A stretch of DNA of 59,964 nt from an uncultured Nitrosopumilales archaeon (GCA_964552125.1 CAZKFJ010000001.1:1-59964), one strand, 5' to 3'; positions 10,025 to 20,114 are shown, counted from the stretch's first letter. Numbers and translations are program-made. The notes: generated by a model not told the origin, from the sequence alone.

Positions 10025-10480
10025 ATGACTAAAATTGTACAAGATCTATACGTTACCGAATTAACAATATCAAATGTTTCTAATGCTCCATTTATAATTG
10101 ACGCTGTCGGCAGTTATCCGAATAAATTAATTGTAACTGACGAAATTCTCCAATCCTGGGGAATTGAACCTGATCGCACGCTCATCGGGAAAAACCTCAT
10201 TCTCACATTGGAATCCTCAGAAGAGTCTAAAGATGACGTAAATTCTGTTCAAATCAATAATCTTGAAAAAGTTAATCGTAGACGTTATAGATATTTAGCT
10301 TCTTCATCATTTCTTGAGGAACTAGAGTTTATCTTATCTTGCAATACCCCCCGAGTCAGTTCTGAACCAAATCCTTGCCCAAATTATCAAATTAAATTAT
10401 CAATAAAAGAATCTGACTATGACAGTCTATATAATTTGTCTGCAAATACTCTTCTGAAACTCAGCTGCCAACTTAAGTAA
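10025..10480 (+). CDS. hypothetical protein
   Basis: 151-aa ORF with no motif I recognise. It overlaps the convergent 10473..11210 gene by 8 nt. Confidence 0.4.
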   Translation: MTKIVQDLYVTELTISNVSNAPFIIDAVGSYPNKLIVTDEILQSWGIEPDRTLIGKNLILTLESSEESKDDVNSVQINNLEKVNRRRYRYLASSSFLEELEFILSCNTPRVSSEPNPCPNYQIKLSIKESDYDSLYNLSANTLLKLSCQLK

Positions 10481-11210
10481 TATATCCACTTACTTTCTTT
10501 TCCGAATCGTCAATTATCTTTGATTCCAAATTAGATTTTAGTTGTTTTAATCTCCTTTCTTCTTTTATTAATGCTCGTAGATTAGGTTTTACTCCAGTTA
10601 TCGACGTTAAAACTTTGATTAATTCCTTTGCAGCACTTATGTCTGGAAATTCTCCTCTTGTTTCACCGTATATGCCAAAACCTTTCATTCCATTATTCTT
10701 TGCTAACGAGACTAATATTCCATTCATGCCAATTATGTTGCTCTCTTCCATACTCTCAATTCCTAATTCTTGTAAATCCTTTAGTAACGCTTCAGAAATA
10801 GCAGCACCATAAATTTTCGGCGGATTCGATAAATTGTCTGTAATCAAACCACCAACTGCATATATCGTTTTACAACCTAGATTCTTTACAAACTTTAATA
10901 CATCTCTAGATACGTTGAATTGACCTTCAGGTGTTTCGGACTGCACATCTCCTGTAAAAATTAACAAATCATTTTTACCCTTTTTATAATAAAATTCAAA
11001 TTTTAATGGTTCAATTGTACCATTTTCATTTACAATTGTTTGTGCAGGAAGATGTGAAGAATATACATCTGCAAATTTTTCTGCTCCTATTCCTTTAGCG
11101 AAATGATAACTGGCAATCTTGCCTACAAAACCTGAATCGGGTAATCCACAAATCAATATTGGATTCTTTAATTTCTTCTTCGTTTTCGTTATTATTTCGA
11201 CATCCTTCAT
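10473..11210 (-). CDS. PAC2-family proteasome assembly chaperone-like protein
   Basis: 245 aa. N-terminal NPILICGLPDSGFVGKIASYHF and the overall layout resemble archaeal PAC2 (PbaA/PbaB-like, COG1938) proteins. Confidence 0.6.
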   Translation of the reverse strand: MKDVEIITKTKKKLKNPILICGLPDSGFVGKIASYHFAKGIGAEKFADVYSSHLPAQTIVNENGTIEPLKFEFYYKKGKNDLLIFTGDVQSETPEGQFNVSRDVLKFVKNLGCKTIYAVGGLITDNLSNPPKIYGAAISEALLKDLQELGIESMEESNIIGMNGILVSLAKNNGMKGFGIYGETRGEFPDISAAKELIKVLTSITGVKPNLRALIKEERRLKQLKSNLESKIIDDSEKKVSGYIT

Positions 11211-11302
11211 ATTATATTCTATAACCCTGAAACAAAAAAACTTGTCTCATGAGCTTCAAATGTCGATATTTACTTATCTATTACTGTATTCTCATATTAG
11301 TA

Positions 11303-12526
11303 ATGGTAAACTCTTATGGCGATTTATCAGTAAAAGATGTAAAAAAAGCAAAGGACGCACTTTCCACTGTAATAAAGGAAACTCCATTGGACTATTCTAA
11401 TACACTTTCTCAAATGACTGATTCACAAGTCTATCTTAAACTCGAAAATCTTCAAAAGACTGGTTCATTTAAAGTTCGTGGCGCATATTGGAAAATGCTT
11501 AATGTGGATCGTTCTATTGCAAAAAGTGTTGTAGCAGCCTCTGCCGGCAATCATGCTCAAGGAACTGCCTATGCTGCTTCTCATCTTAATATACCTTGTA
11601 CCATTGTTATGCCAGAAAATGCATCCACTACTAAAGTTGCCGCTACATCTGGCTATGGAGCTTCTATCCTTTTATCGGGTTCAAATTATGACGAATCTTA
11701 TGCTGCCGCAGAAGATTTCGCAAAAAAACATTCTGCTACCATGATTCATCCTTTTGACGATCCTTTTGTTATTGCAGGTCAAGGGACTGTCGGTCTCGAA
11801 ATTGTTGAATCATTCAAAGACGTAGATATGATTGTTGCAGCTGTTGGAGGGGGAGGTTTAATCAGTGGTCTCTGCGTTGCACTAAAAGAGAAATATCCTC
11901 AAATAAAAATTGTAGGTGTACAAGCTTCTAATTCAGCTTCTATGGTAGAGTCTAAAAAAAATCGTAAACTTACTACTATTCCTTCTCGTTTTACTATTGC
12001 AGATGGAATTGATGTAAAAACCCCTGGCAAACTTACATTTGATATTGTTAAAAAACACGTTGATAAACTGATTACTGTTAGTGACGTAGAAATTGCCGAA
12101 GCAATGTTTCTGTTACTTGAACGCGGTCGAATTGTTTCAGAACCTGCTGGAGCTGCTCCTGTTGCAGGCTTACTTTCGGGTAAATTGTCTCTAAAAGGAA
12201 AGAATGTCGTTCCAATTATTTGTGGAGGTAATGTCGATATGTCTCTAATGAACAAACTTGTCACACGAGGTTTAATCAGTGCTGGTAGAATTGTTCGAAT
12301 GGTGGTAGGCCTAACTGATAAACCAGGCGCACTCAAAGACGTCCTTGACGTTATCGGTTCCAGAAATGCGAATATCTTGGACGTTCAAGTTGATCGATTT
12401 TATAAAAAAATTGGTTTAGGACCTGTTGAAGTTCTAATTAGTATGGAAACTAAAAGTAAAGAACATACCAAAGAGATGCTCAAAACTCTCAAGCAACAAG
12501 GATTTACATATCGCCTAATCGAATGA
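11303..12526 (+). CDS. ilvA: Threonine ammonia-lyase (threonine dehydratase), PLP-dependent, with C-terminal ACT-like domain
   Basis: PLP-lysine motif GSFKVRGA, SAGNHAQG and glycine loop GGGGLISG. The ORF track starts at 11249, but that adds a hydrophobic 18-aa leader and leaves only 38 nt to the divergent neighbour. ATG at 11303 gives a normal N-terminus. Confidence 0.85.
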   Translation: MVNSYGDLSVKDVKKAKDALSTVIKETPLDYSNTLSQMTDSQVYLKLENLQKTGSFKVRGAYWKMLNVDRSIAKSVVAASAGNHAQGTAYAASHLNIPCTIVMPENASTTKVAATSGYGASILLSGSNYDESYAAAEDFAKKHSATMIHPFDDPFVIAGQGTVGLEIVESFKDVDMIVAAVGGGGLISGLCVALKEKYPQIKIVGVQASNSASMVESKKNRKLTTIPSRFTIADGIDVKTPGKLTFDIVKKHVDKLITVSDVEIAEAMFLLLERGRIVSEPAGAAPVAGLLSGKLSLKGKNVVPIICGGNVDMSLMNKLVTRGLISAGRIVRMVVGLTDKPGALKDVLDVIGSRNANILDVQVDRFYKKIGLGPVEVLISMETKSKEHTKEMLKTLKQQGFTYRLIE

Positions 12527-13642
12527 TTATATCTCGATTAATTCGCGTGAAACATTTGTTAATATTTCTGGTCTATTCTGGCGTACAATAACATCATCTT
12601 CTATTCTTACCCCGCCGATTGTTGGTAAATATATTCCAGGTTCTATTGTAAATGCCATACCCTCTTCTAGAATAACATTTGATTTCTTACTAATGGAAGC
12701 TCCATCATGAACGTTTAAACCAATACTGTGACCTGTTGAATGAATGAACCTTCCTTTGTATTTTGTGGAATCTATGTAATCTTCTACTGCATTATGTACA
12801 TCGCTGGCTTTCGCACCTACTCTTACTCTTTTTAATCCTATTTCACTTGCTTTGCGTACCGTTTCATAAATATCCTTAATCTTATTATCTGCCTTTCCAA
12901 ATACTACAGTCCTAGTAATATCCGAACAATATCTGTTGTATCGTGCACCGTAATCACAAAGCACTAATTTATTTTTCTTTAATCTTGCATTCTGTGGCGC
13001 ATAATGAGGTTCAGCACTATGTTTACCAAAAGCCACAATAGTCTGAAACGATGGACCTGATGCACCTTGTTTCTCTAAATCATGATTGATTATCGACGCT
13101 AATTGATTCTCTGTCATATTCTCTTTCAGTGAACTAGTTATTGTCTTGAATGTATTACTTGCAATTTTTGCGCTTTTTCGTAATTCCTTTATCTCTATCT
13201 CATCTTTTATACATCTTGCTTCTCCTATAGCCTTGCCTACATTGACCACATTTTTCACATTTTTCAAAGTCATTCGTATCCAAAGATAATTTGCGTACGA
13301 AAGTTCATTATAATTAATTCCTAAAACATTTACTTTCAATAATTTCTCTCTTAATAGCTGTTTATATTCATCATTGGTTCCAAACGTCTTAACTTCAATG
13401 TATGGAGTACTAAGTGCACTCTGCTCTTCTAATTTTGAAGTTAATAGGCATACCTTGCCTGTAGGATATGCAATTATTGAACATCCTTCAAATATACCTG
13501 ATCTAACTCCAGATAAATAAAAAAAAGTTGAATCGAGTTGTCCTTCTATTCCATTTTTAATTAAAATTGCTTCTGGTTTTGTCTTTAATGATTTTGTAGA
13601 TGCAAAAATTTTCTTTACTCTTGCTTTCATAATGTTATTCAT
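12527..13642 (-). CDS. M24B-family Xaa-Pro aminopeptidase/dipeptidase
   Basis: Metal-ligand blocks DYGARYNRYCSDITRT, HSTGHSIGLNVHD and EPGIYLP..GGVRIEDDV. Confidence 0.85.
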   Translation of the reverse strand: MNNIMKARVKKIFASTKSLKTKPEAILIKNGIEGQLDSTFFYLSGVRSGIFEGCSIIAYPTGKVCLLTSKLEEQSALSTPYIEVKTFGTNDEYKQLLREKLLKVNVLGINYNELSYANYLWIRMTLKNVKNVVNVGKAIGEARCIKDEIEIKELRKSAKIASNTFKTITSSLKENMTENQLASIINHDLEKQGASGPSFQTIVAFGKHSAEPHYAPQNARLKKNKLVLCDYGARYNRYCSDITRTVVFGKADNKIKDIYETVRKASEIGLKRVRVGAKASDVHNAVEDYIDSTKYKGRFIHSTGHSIGLNVHDGASISKKSNVILEEGMAFTIEPGIYLPTIGGVRIEDDVIVRQNRPEILTNVSRELIEI

Positions 13643-13652
13643 AAAAATCCAC

Positions 13653-14846
13653 TTATGTTCTAAATAATAAACCCTCTTTGTGATATATCCAACTTGCTAT
13701 TAATATCAATATAACTGAAACAACAACAGTCGATGTTACCGCTAACACCAGATGAAATACGTTTAAATTATTTACCATTACTTCTTGAATAACTAACGTC
13801 ACATTTAATATAGGAACTAGAAATGGAATAAGCCCAACATCATCTATATTTATTCCATAAGATCCAAATGAAAGGATTACAATAAGGAAAAGCATTGGAG
13901 TCAAGTAATTATTCGCCTCTTTGAAACTCTTGGCGAAACTTGCTAAAGCCATTCCTAGAGATGCTATCATTATTGCCATTAACGATAGAATTGAAAATAC
14001 AATGATTGATGTCTGTAATGTTAGATTTATCTGCATTTGTTGCTCTGCTACAGAAAATGTCGATATATACCCTAAAGACCCTGTAAGACTCACCATAATG
14101 AAGGCTATAGAAACTAAAGTAGTCGAGAATACCGCCAAAAACTTTCCTGTAATCAGATCACGTCTCATTGCCGATGTAACTAAAAGCGCTTCTAACGTAT
14201 GCCTTTCTTTTTCTCCTACAGTTAGGTCTATTGACGCATTCATTCCTCCAGTTGCCACTATAATCGCTAATAGTGGCGGTAAAATTAATGACAGTAAATA
14301 TCCTGATCTCTCCTCTTCTGTAGCAACATCAGAAGCAAAAACTTGAATCGGGCTTAATATCTCTGGATCAATTTCTCTATCTACAAGCCTCTCGTTAACA
14401 GTCACTTTACTATACATGCTCAAGAATTGCATAATTTTTGAGTATGCAACGTTTGAAGTCTGACTCGATGCATCATAATAGACAGTTACATTTACACGTT
14501 GTTCATTTGCAATTCTATCATCAAAATCAATAGGAATTCCCATACCAGCTGCAATTGTTCCGTTTCTAATTGCTTCATCAATTGGTTTATCTATTTCAAC
14601 TACTTGTAATGATCTACTTCCATCAATTAATCTTGTAAAATTCTCTGATGGTCCCCCTACTATTGCAATGTCTTGCGTTTGTATTACTATTTGTTGTTGA
14701 GTATTAGAAAATAATAACGGTATTCCAAAAGTCATTATTGGAATTAACAAAATGGGAATTACAACTGTTGCAATTAGAGTTCTTCTATCTCTCAATATGT
14801 CTTGCATTTCTTTTTTATATACTGCTCTAATGTGTTTTATTCCCAA
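13653..14846 (-). CDS. ABC-2 family transporter permease (NatB-like)
   Basis: 397 aa with an N-terminal transmembrane segment, a large extracytoplasmic loop and a C-terminal cluster of transmembrane segments. It overlaps the upstream ATPase gene by 10 nt. Confidence 0.7.
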   Translation of the reverse strand: MGIKHIRAVYKKEMQDILRDRRTLIATVVIPILLIPIMTFGIPLLFSNTQQQIVIQTQDIAIVGGPSENFTRLIDGSRSLQVVEIDKPIDEAIRNGTIAAGMGIPIDFDDRIANEQRVNVTVYYDASSQTSNVAYSKIMQFLSMYSKVTVNERLVDREIDPEILSPIQVFASDVATEEERSGYLLSLILPPLLAIIVATGGMNASIDLTVGEKERHTLEALLVTSAMRRDLITGKFLAVFSTTLVSIAFIMVSLTGSLGYISTFSVAEQQMQINLTLQTSIIVFSILSLMAIMIASLGMALASFAKSFKEANNYLTPMLFLIVILSFGSYGINIDDVGLIPFLVPILNVTLVIQEVMVNNLNVFHLVLAVTSTVVVSVILILIASWIYHKEGLLFRT

Positions 14847-15562
14847 GATTTTTCACCCTTTACTGTTGCAATGAACGCTTTTTCAAGTGAACCATGTTCT
14901 TCTTGAATATGTTTAATTGAATCAGTCATCAATATCCTTCCATCATGTATTATTGCAATTTTATCACAGATTTCTTCAGTTTCGTACATAGAATGCGAGG
15001 AATATAGTATCGTTCTTCCATCTTCTTTGCATTGTTTTACAAAATCAAGTACTGCTCTTGCTGATATTACATCTAAACCCGATGTTGGTTCATCAAAAAT
15101 AAAAACTGGCGGTTCATGAATTATTGCTCTTGCAATTGCTACTTTTTGTTTATTTCCTCTAGATAATTTCCCACATCGCTTGTCTGCATATTCGCTAAGA
15201 GATAATCTCTCTAAAACATCATTAATCTTGTCATCTATTTGATTATGATCAATATCATTTAGTATTCCAAAATATCTTATTACTTCTCTTGAAGTTAATC
15301 TATCATACAATCCAACTTCTGTCGGTAAAAATCCAATATTTCTACGAACTTCAGAAGAATTAATTTTTGAATCAAAACCATTCACTATGATGTTTCCCTC
15401 TGATGGCTGAAATACAGTTGAAACCATTCTCTGAGTAGTGGTCTTGCCGGCCCCATTAAGTCCTAGCAGCCCGAAAATCTCACCTTTTTCTACTTCAATA
15501 TTAATATTATCTACTGCTTTGAATTTTCCGAACCATTTCGAAACATTTTGTATTGATATCAA
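14837..15562 (-). CDS. ABC transporter ATP-binding protein (NatA-like)
   Basis: Walker A GLNGAGKTT, signature LSRGNKQKV and Walker B FIFDEPTSGLD. Confidence 0.9.
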   Translation of the reverse strand: MISIQNVSKWFGKFKAVDNINIEVEKGEIFGLLGLNGAGKTTTQRMVSTVFQPSEGNIIVNGFDSKINSSEVRRNIGFLPTEVGLYDRLTSREVIRYFGILNDIDHNQIDDKINDVLERLSLSEYADKRCGKLSRGNKQKVAIARAIIHEPPVFIFDEPTSGLDVISARAVLDFVKQCKEDGRTILYSSHSMYETEEICDKIAIIHDGRILMTDSIKHIQEEHGSLEKAFIATVKGEKSWE

Positions 15563-15601
15563 TTATCATTAAATAAGTATAGTTCTATAAAATAATTGGC
15601 A

Positions 15602-16696
15602 ATGATTGAAAGAAGTATTCTTCAAAACACTGTAAAAAGCTATGACCTCGATAATATATCGATTACTGCAATTGGCAGTCATTCTGCTCTTGATATTATG
15701 GATGGAGCTACTTCTGAAAATCTGAATTCAATTGTAATATGTCAAAAAGGCCGTGAAGTGACATACAAACATTTTGAAAGAATTATTAAAGAAGTTGTTA
15801 CCCTGCCTAAATTCTCTGATTTACTCAACGACGACATTCAAAAATCACTTATTTCTAAAAACTCAATTTTAATTCCTCACCGTTCTTTTACTGCATATAT
15901 TGACTATGATTCTATTGAAAACGACTTGAAAATCCCTATATTCGGTAATAGAGAAATGCTACGCACTGAAGAAAGAAACGTTGAAAAAAATCAATACTAC
16001 CTTCTTGAAAAAGCTAATGTAAGATATCCTAAATTATTCAAAAAACCTGAAGATATTGATCGTCTAGTAATTGTAAAAGTTATGGAATCTACCAGAAAAA
16101 TCGAACGTGCATTTTTCACTGCGTCAAGTTATCAAGAATTTACAGAAAAAGCAGAAAAACGTATAAAACAAGGTATTATAAATGCAGAAGATCTTGCTGA
16201 TGCACGTATTGAAGAATTTGTATTAGGTACGTATTTTAATTTTAATTTCTTTTACTCGATACTTCACGATCGAGTAGAATTTCTTGGTATTGATCGACGT
16301 TTACAAACTAACCTTAATGACTTCACTTCATTACCTGCTAAACAACAACTTGAAATTGACGTTGAATTACAGAATATTGAAGTTGGACATATGCCTGCTA
16401 CAATTCGTGAATCATTTCTTGAAAAAGTTTTTGAAATGGGAAATAAGTTTGTTAACTCTACTAAAAAAGAATTCCATCCAGGTCTGATTGGCCCATTTGC
16501 ATTACAAACCGCTATTACAAAAGATTTCGAGCTAGTTGTATTCGATGTTTCACCACGCGTTCCAGGAAGTCCGGTCTTAATGATGAGTCCTTATACACAT
16601 TATTATCATGGCGAATCCTTTGGCGCTGGTAAAAGAATTGCTATGGAAATATCCGAAGCTATAAAAGAAGAGAGATTGGATGAGGTAGTGACTTGA
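15602..16696 (+). CDS. PurP-family ATP-grasp enzyme, divergent paralog (5-formaminoimidazole-4-carboxamide ribonucleotide synthetase-like)
   Basis: About 364 aa. It is collinear with the downstream PurP: IGSHSALDI vs LGSHCSLQV, IPHRSF vs IPHGTL, GIDRR vs GIDKRYETN, and C-terminal GKRIAMEI vs GRRIALEI. ATG at 15602 is in frame with the track's TTG at 15596. Confidence 0.7.
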   Translation: MIERSILQNTVKSYDLDNISITAIGSHSALDIMDGATSENLNSIVICQKGREVTYKHFERIIKEVVTLPKFSDLLNDDIQKSLISKNSILIPHRSFTAYIDYDSIENDLKIPIFGNREMLRTEERNVEKNQYYLLEKANVRYPKLFKKPEDIDRLVIVKVMESTRKIERAFFTASSYQEFTEKAEKRIKQGIINAEDLADARIEEFVLGTYFNFNFFYSILHDRVEFLGIDRRLQTNLNDFTSLPAKQQLEIDVELQNIEVGHMPATIRESFLEKVFEMGNKFVNSTKKEFHPGLIGPFALQTAITKDFELVVFDVSPRVPGSPVLMMSPYTHYYHGESFGAGKRIAMEISEAIKEERLDEVVT

Positions 16697-17721
16697 CAAG
16701 TATTGCTACTTTGGGCTCTCATTGTTCCCTGCAAGTTCTAAAAGGAGCTAAGGAAGAGGGATTTCATACTGTTTTAGTTACGAAATCTACTCGTGAAAAA
16801 TTCTATAAACGCTATGATAATTTCATTGATGAATATATTGTTGTTGATGATTTTACCGAAATCATGAACGACGACATTAAGGACAAACTAAATGCATCTG
16901 ATTCAGTATTAATTCCTCATGGCACTTTGATCTCTGAGGTGGGGATTGAAAAAATTGAAAAACTTGACATTCCAATTTTTGGTAACCGACATATTTTACG
17001 TTGGGAAGCCGATCGCGATCTTAAGACTAAATTGATGGAAAAATCAGGTGTTTCTATTCCAAAAACCTTCAATTCACCTGAAGAAATTGACTGTCTTACT
17101 ATCTCTAAATTATCCGGAGCTCGTGGAGGTTCCGGTTATTTCCTTGCTAAAAATTCAAAAGATTACTATTCCCACGTAGAAAAATTCAAAAAACAAGGTT
17201 TAATGACAGATGATGACGAACTTCAAATCCAAGAATATATTGTCGGTGTTCCAGTCTATCTTCAATATTTTCAGTCTACAATGAAAGACGAGTTGGAACT
17301 ATTTGGAATTGACAAACGTTATGAAACAAATGTTGACAGTTTAGGGCGAATTCCTAGCATTGATCAAACTGAACTCAAATTATCGCCTACATACATTGTA
17401 GTCGGTAATATTCCTCTGGTACTTAGAGAATCTCTACTCGTTGAAGTTTATGATATAGGTGACAACTTTGTAACTGCAAGCAAAGAACTGGTACCTCCTG
17501 GCATGCCTGGTCCATTTTGTATGGAGGGTGTATATGACTCCAACGGCAAATTTGTTGCCTTTGAGTTTTCTGCTCGTATTGTAGCTGGAACAAATATCTT
17601 TACAACCGGTTCTCCGTATTCCTACCTTAACTATGGTCCAAATATGAATATGGGAAGGAGAATAGCTTTGGAAATAAAAGACGCTATTAAAGCAAACAGA
17701 TTAGACGATCTAATTACCTGA
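16693..17721 (+). CDS. purP: 5-formaminoimidazole-4-carboxamide-1-(beta)-D-ribofuranosyl 5'-monophosphate synthetase (PurP)
   Basis: 342 aa. IATLGSHCSLQVLKGAKEEGF and the overall ATP-grasp layout are typical of archaeal PurP. The TTG start overlaps the stop of the upstream paralog by 4 nt. Confidence 0.75.
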   Translation: MTSIATLGSHCSLQVLKGAKEEGFHTVLVTKSTREKFYKRYDNFIDEYIVVDDFTEIMNDDIKDKLNASDSVLIPHGTLISEVGIEKIEKLDIPIFGNRHILRWEADRDLKTKLMEKSGVSIPKTFNSPEEIDCLTISKLSGARGGSGYFLAKNSKDYYSHVEKFKKQGLMTDDDELQIQEYIVGVPVYLQYFQSTMKDELELFGIDKRYETNVDSLGRIPSIDQTELKLSPTYIVVGNIPLVLRESLLVEVYDIGDNFVTASKELVPPGMPGPFCMEGVYDSNGKFVAFEFSARIVAGTNIFTTGSPYSYLNYGPNMNMGRRIALEIKDAIKANRLDDLIT

Positions 17722-18498
17722 TTATCTTAATGTTTCTAGTGATTTACTATCTGGCCGCAATAAATTCATTAAAAGTTCAAAATATTCAATTAATACAGCT
17801 GCAAAATCACCATCACTATTCAATTCAAATCTTATTAAAAAGCCTTCAAATAATTCATATTTTTCTTTATTTGCATATTTGTAAAACGAAAGAAATTGTC
17901 TATTCTTACTAATCATTAACTGAGATAATTGTGAAGACTCGTCTAGAAAATTACGCCTTTTCAGCGATGCCAGCGCAAATGCATTTCTAGCTAATAACGA
18001 AGCATCTATTAGATTATTTCCTGTTGGCTCATCTGACATCCACGTTACAAAAAAATTCTGGATGAGTTTTCTCTCTCTCTCATTATCCATTAACTGAAAA
18101 ACAATATCATCTACAATTATATTCTGAAGATGATTAAAACCCTCGTTAAGTGATTTCGCTTCTAACTTATTCAGTCCTTCTTGTTCAACAACGTGAGACA
18201 TAACTTCATTAATTATTTCTGATTGATGAGATGGCGAATTTATCTCTGTAAAGTATATATGTGCTAATTCATGAAGAATCAATCCATTTAACATATCTGA
18301 ATCTAATGCCCAATCTGCTACTACAATTGAACTTTTATTCGAATCAATTTTAGCATAACCCATAAACTGTAATTCAGGATCTATTTCAATTGAAACAATA
18401 TTCTGTAATTCATAACCTGCGTTTCTCATGTTTTTAATTGCTAAATCAAGGGACTCTTCTAAAAATTCATCTTGACTCGTAGACTTCAATTTAATCAA
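17722..18498 (-). CDS. hypothetical protein with HExxH metalloprotease-like motif
   Basis: 258 aa. The only recognisable motif is LILHELAHIY, and I could not assign a family. Confidence 0.4.
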   Translation of the reverse strand: MIKLKSTSQDEFLEESLDLAIKNMRNAGYELQNIVSIEIDPELQFMGYAKIDSNKSSIVVADWALDSDMLNGLILHELAHIYFTEINSPSHQSEIINEVMSHVVEQEGLNKLEAKSLNEGFNHLQNIIVDDIVFQLMDNERERKLIQNFFVTWMSDEPTGNNLIDASLLARNAFALASLKRRNFLDESSQLSQLMISKNRQFLSFYKYANKEKYELFEGFLIRFELNSDGDFAAVLIEYFELLMNLLRPDSKSLETLR

Positions 18499-18537
18499 TT
18501 CATAAATTCTTTCTCATAGTTATAAATTTAAAGAAAA

Positions 18538-18638
18538 TGGACCGGAGGAGAATTGAACCCCCGACCTTACGGGAAATAATCTTTCCGCATGCGAAGCGGA
18601 TATTGTATCTTTCGATTCTACCGCTGAACTACCGGCCC
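18538..18638 (-). tRNA. tRNA-Ala(CGC) with two non-canonical introns (13 nt near 25/26, 16 nt after the anticodon stem)
   Basis: The exons are nearly identical to tRNA-Ala(UGC) at 102..189. Acceptor GGGCCGG/CCGGTCC has G3:U70 and A73. The anticodon arm TCCGC-TTCGCAT-GCGGA is uninterrupted. T arm is GGGGG-TTCAATT-CTCCT. 72 + 13 + 16 = 101 nt, an exact fit. Confidence 0.8.
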
Positions 18639-18719
18639 TAAATCTTTATAGAAAATATTCACATAATTGTTTATCCAATAACTCAAAACTTAAAGAAGGC
18701 AAATATTAAGTTAATTGGA

Positions 18720-18794
18720 GCGGTCATCGTATAGTCTGGTCTAATACGTTAGCTTGCCAAGTTAATAACTCGGGTTCAAATCCCGGTGACCGCA
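18720..18794 (+). tRNA. tRNA-Gly(GCC), intron-less
   Basis: Acceptor GCGGTCA/TGACCGC is perfectly paired. D stem GTAT/ATAC. Anticodon arm TTAGC-TTGCCAA-GTTAA. T arm TCGGG-TTCAAAT-CCCGG. Total 75 nt. Confidence 0.9.
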
Positions 18795-18803
18795 TTTACG
18801 TAC

Positions 18804-20075
18804 TTATTTCTCTAGTTTCTCGATTAATTCCTTTGCACGTAAAAACTTTACATCTTTTTCCTGTATCATGATTTCAGAAACTTTTTCTATTAATTCTCCT
18901 GTAGCTCCTGCTGAAACGGCAATGTTCTTCGCATGAAGTTTCATGTGACCTTCTTGAATTCCTTCAGAAACCAATGCACGAAGTGCCGCCAGGTTCTGTG
19001 CCAGTCCTATTGATGTAATAATCTCACCTAGTTGAGCCGCACTGTCTACCTTAAGGACTTTCAAACAAATTTTTGAAGTTGGATGGACCGAAGAGGCGCC
19101 TCCTACTATTCCCACAGGCATTGGGATCTTTATTTTTCCTACTAAATCTCCTGTAGAATCTTTCTCCCAGGTTGTTAATGGAATGTATTTTCCTGATATG
19201 GACGCATACGCATGAACTGCCGATTCTATTGCTCGAATATCTTGTCCAGTAGCAATGCCTACCGATGTTATTCCATTCATTATTCCTTTGTTGTTTGTTA
19301 CGGCTCTGTATGGATCATTATGCGCGAACTCTGACGCATCCAATATTCTTTCCACAATATGTTCGCCCCCCAATGATTCTTTATCAAATGTTGCATGGGC
19401 TTCTACCATTCTTTCGGTGGCAAGGTTTGAAACAATTTTTAATAGTGCTTCTCCACCCGATATATTCTCAATCTTTGGTGCTAAAGATTCAGCAACTGTA
19501 TTACATGCATTAGCTCCCATTGCATCCTTACAATCAATGTATATCTCAACAATCAACATTTTTCCACGTTTTGTATCTAATTCTTTTAATTGCAAATCTT
19601 TTGCACCTCCACCAATTGATGATAATGTGGGTGTTCTTTCACGAGCTAATTCTAATAATTCCGATTTATTCTTCTGTATATTCTTTTTTGCATATTCGAA
19701 ATCTTTTACTTTAATAAGTTGAATTTGTGCACGCATTAGATTTCCTGCACTCTTTGCAGTAAATCCTCCTCTTTTACGCCCAAGACCTGCAGCATTACTG
19801 CAAGCTGCTATTACTGATGGTTCTTCAGTTGCTAATGGAACTAAATACTCATTCTGATTAATGATGAAGTTCGTTGCTATACCTAATGGCAGTGAAATTC
19901 CCCCGATGCTATTTTCAATCATTTTTGTAGCATTTTCCAATTCTATTCCTGACATAGATTTGATAATTTCAGTCTCTTCATTGGTTAAGTCAGCAAATTC
20001 CTTTAATTTGTCTAATCTTTCATCTGAACTTAATTTGTAAAAACCAGGAATTCTTGAGCTTTTTGACATATACAC
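18804..20075 (-). CDS. hmgA: Hydroxymethylglutaryl-CoA reductase, class II type
   Basis: 423 aa. N-terminal SRIPGFYKLSSDERL, MIENSIGGISLPLGIA, EEPSVIAA and DAMGAN blocks parallel the Pseudomonas mevalonii-type (class II) enzyme. Confidence 0.85.
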   Translation of the reverse strand: MYMSKSSRIPGFYKLSSDERLDKLKEFADLTNEETEIIKSMSGIELENATKMIENSIGGISLPLGIATNFIINQNEYLVPLATEEPSVIAACSNAAGLGRKRGGFTAKSAGNLMRAQIQLIKVKDFEYAKKNIQKNKSELLELARERTPTLSSIGGGAKDLQLKELDTKRGKMLIVEIYIDCKDAMGANACNTVAESLAPKIENISGGEALLKIVSNLATERMVEAHATFDKESLGGEHIVERILDASEFAHNDPYRAVTNNKGIMNGITSVGIATGQDIRAIESAVHAYASISGKYIPLTTWEKDSTGDLVGKIKIPMPVGIVGGASSVHPTSKICLKVLKVDSAAQLGEIITSIGLAQNLAALRALVSEGIQEGHMKLHAKNIAVSAGATGELIEKVSEIMIQEKDVKFLRAKELIEKLEK

Positions 20076-20114
20076 TCAATATAAACAATCATCAATAAAA
20101 TGATTATCTATTAA

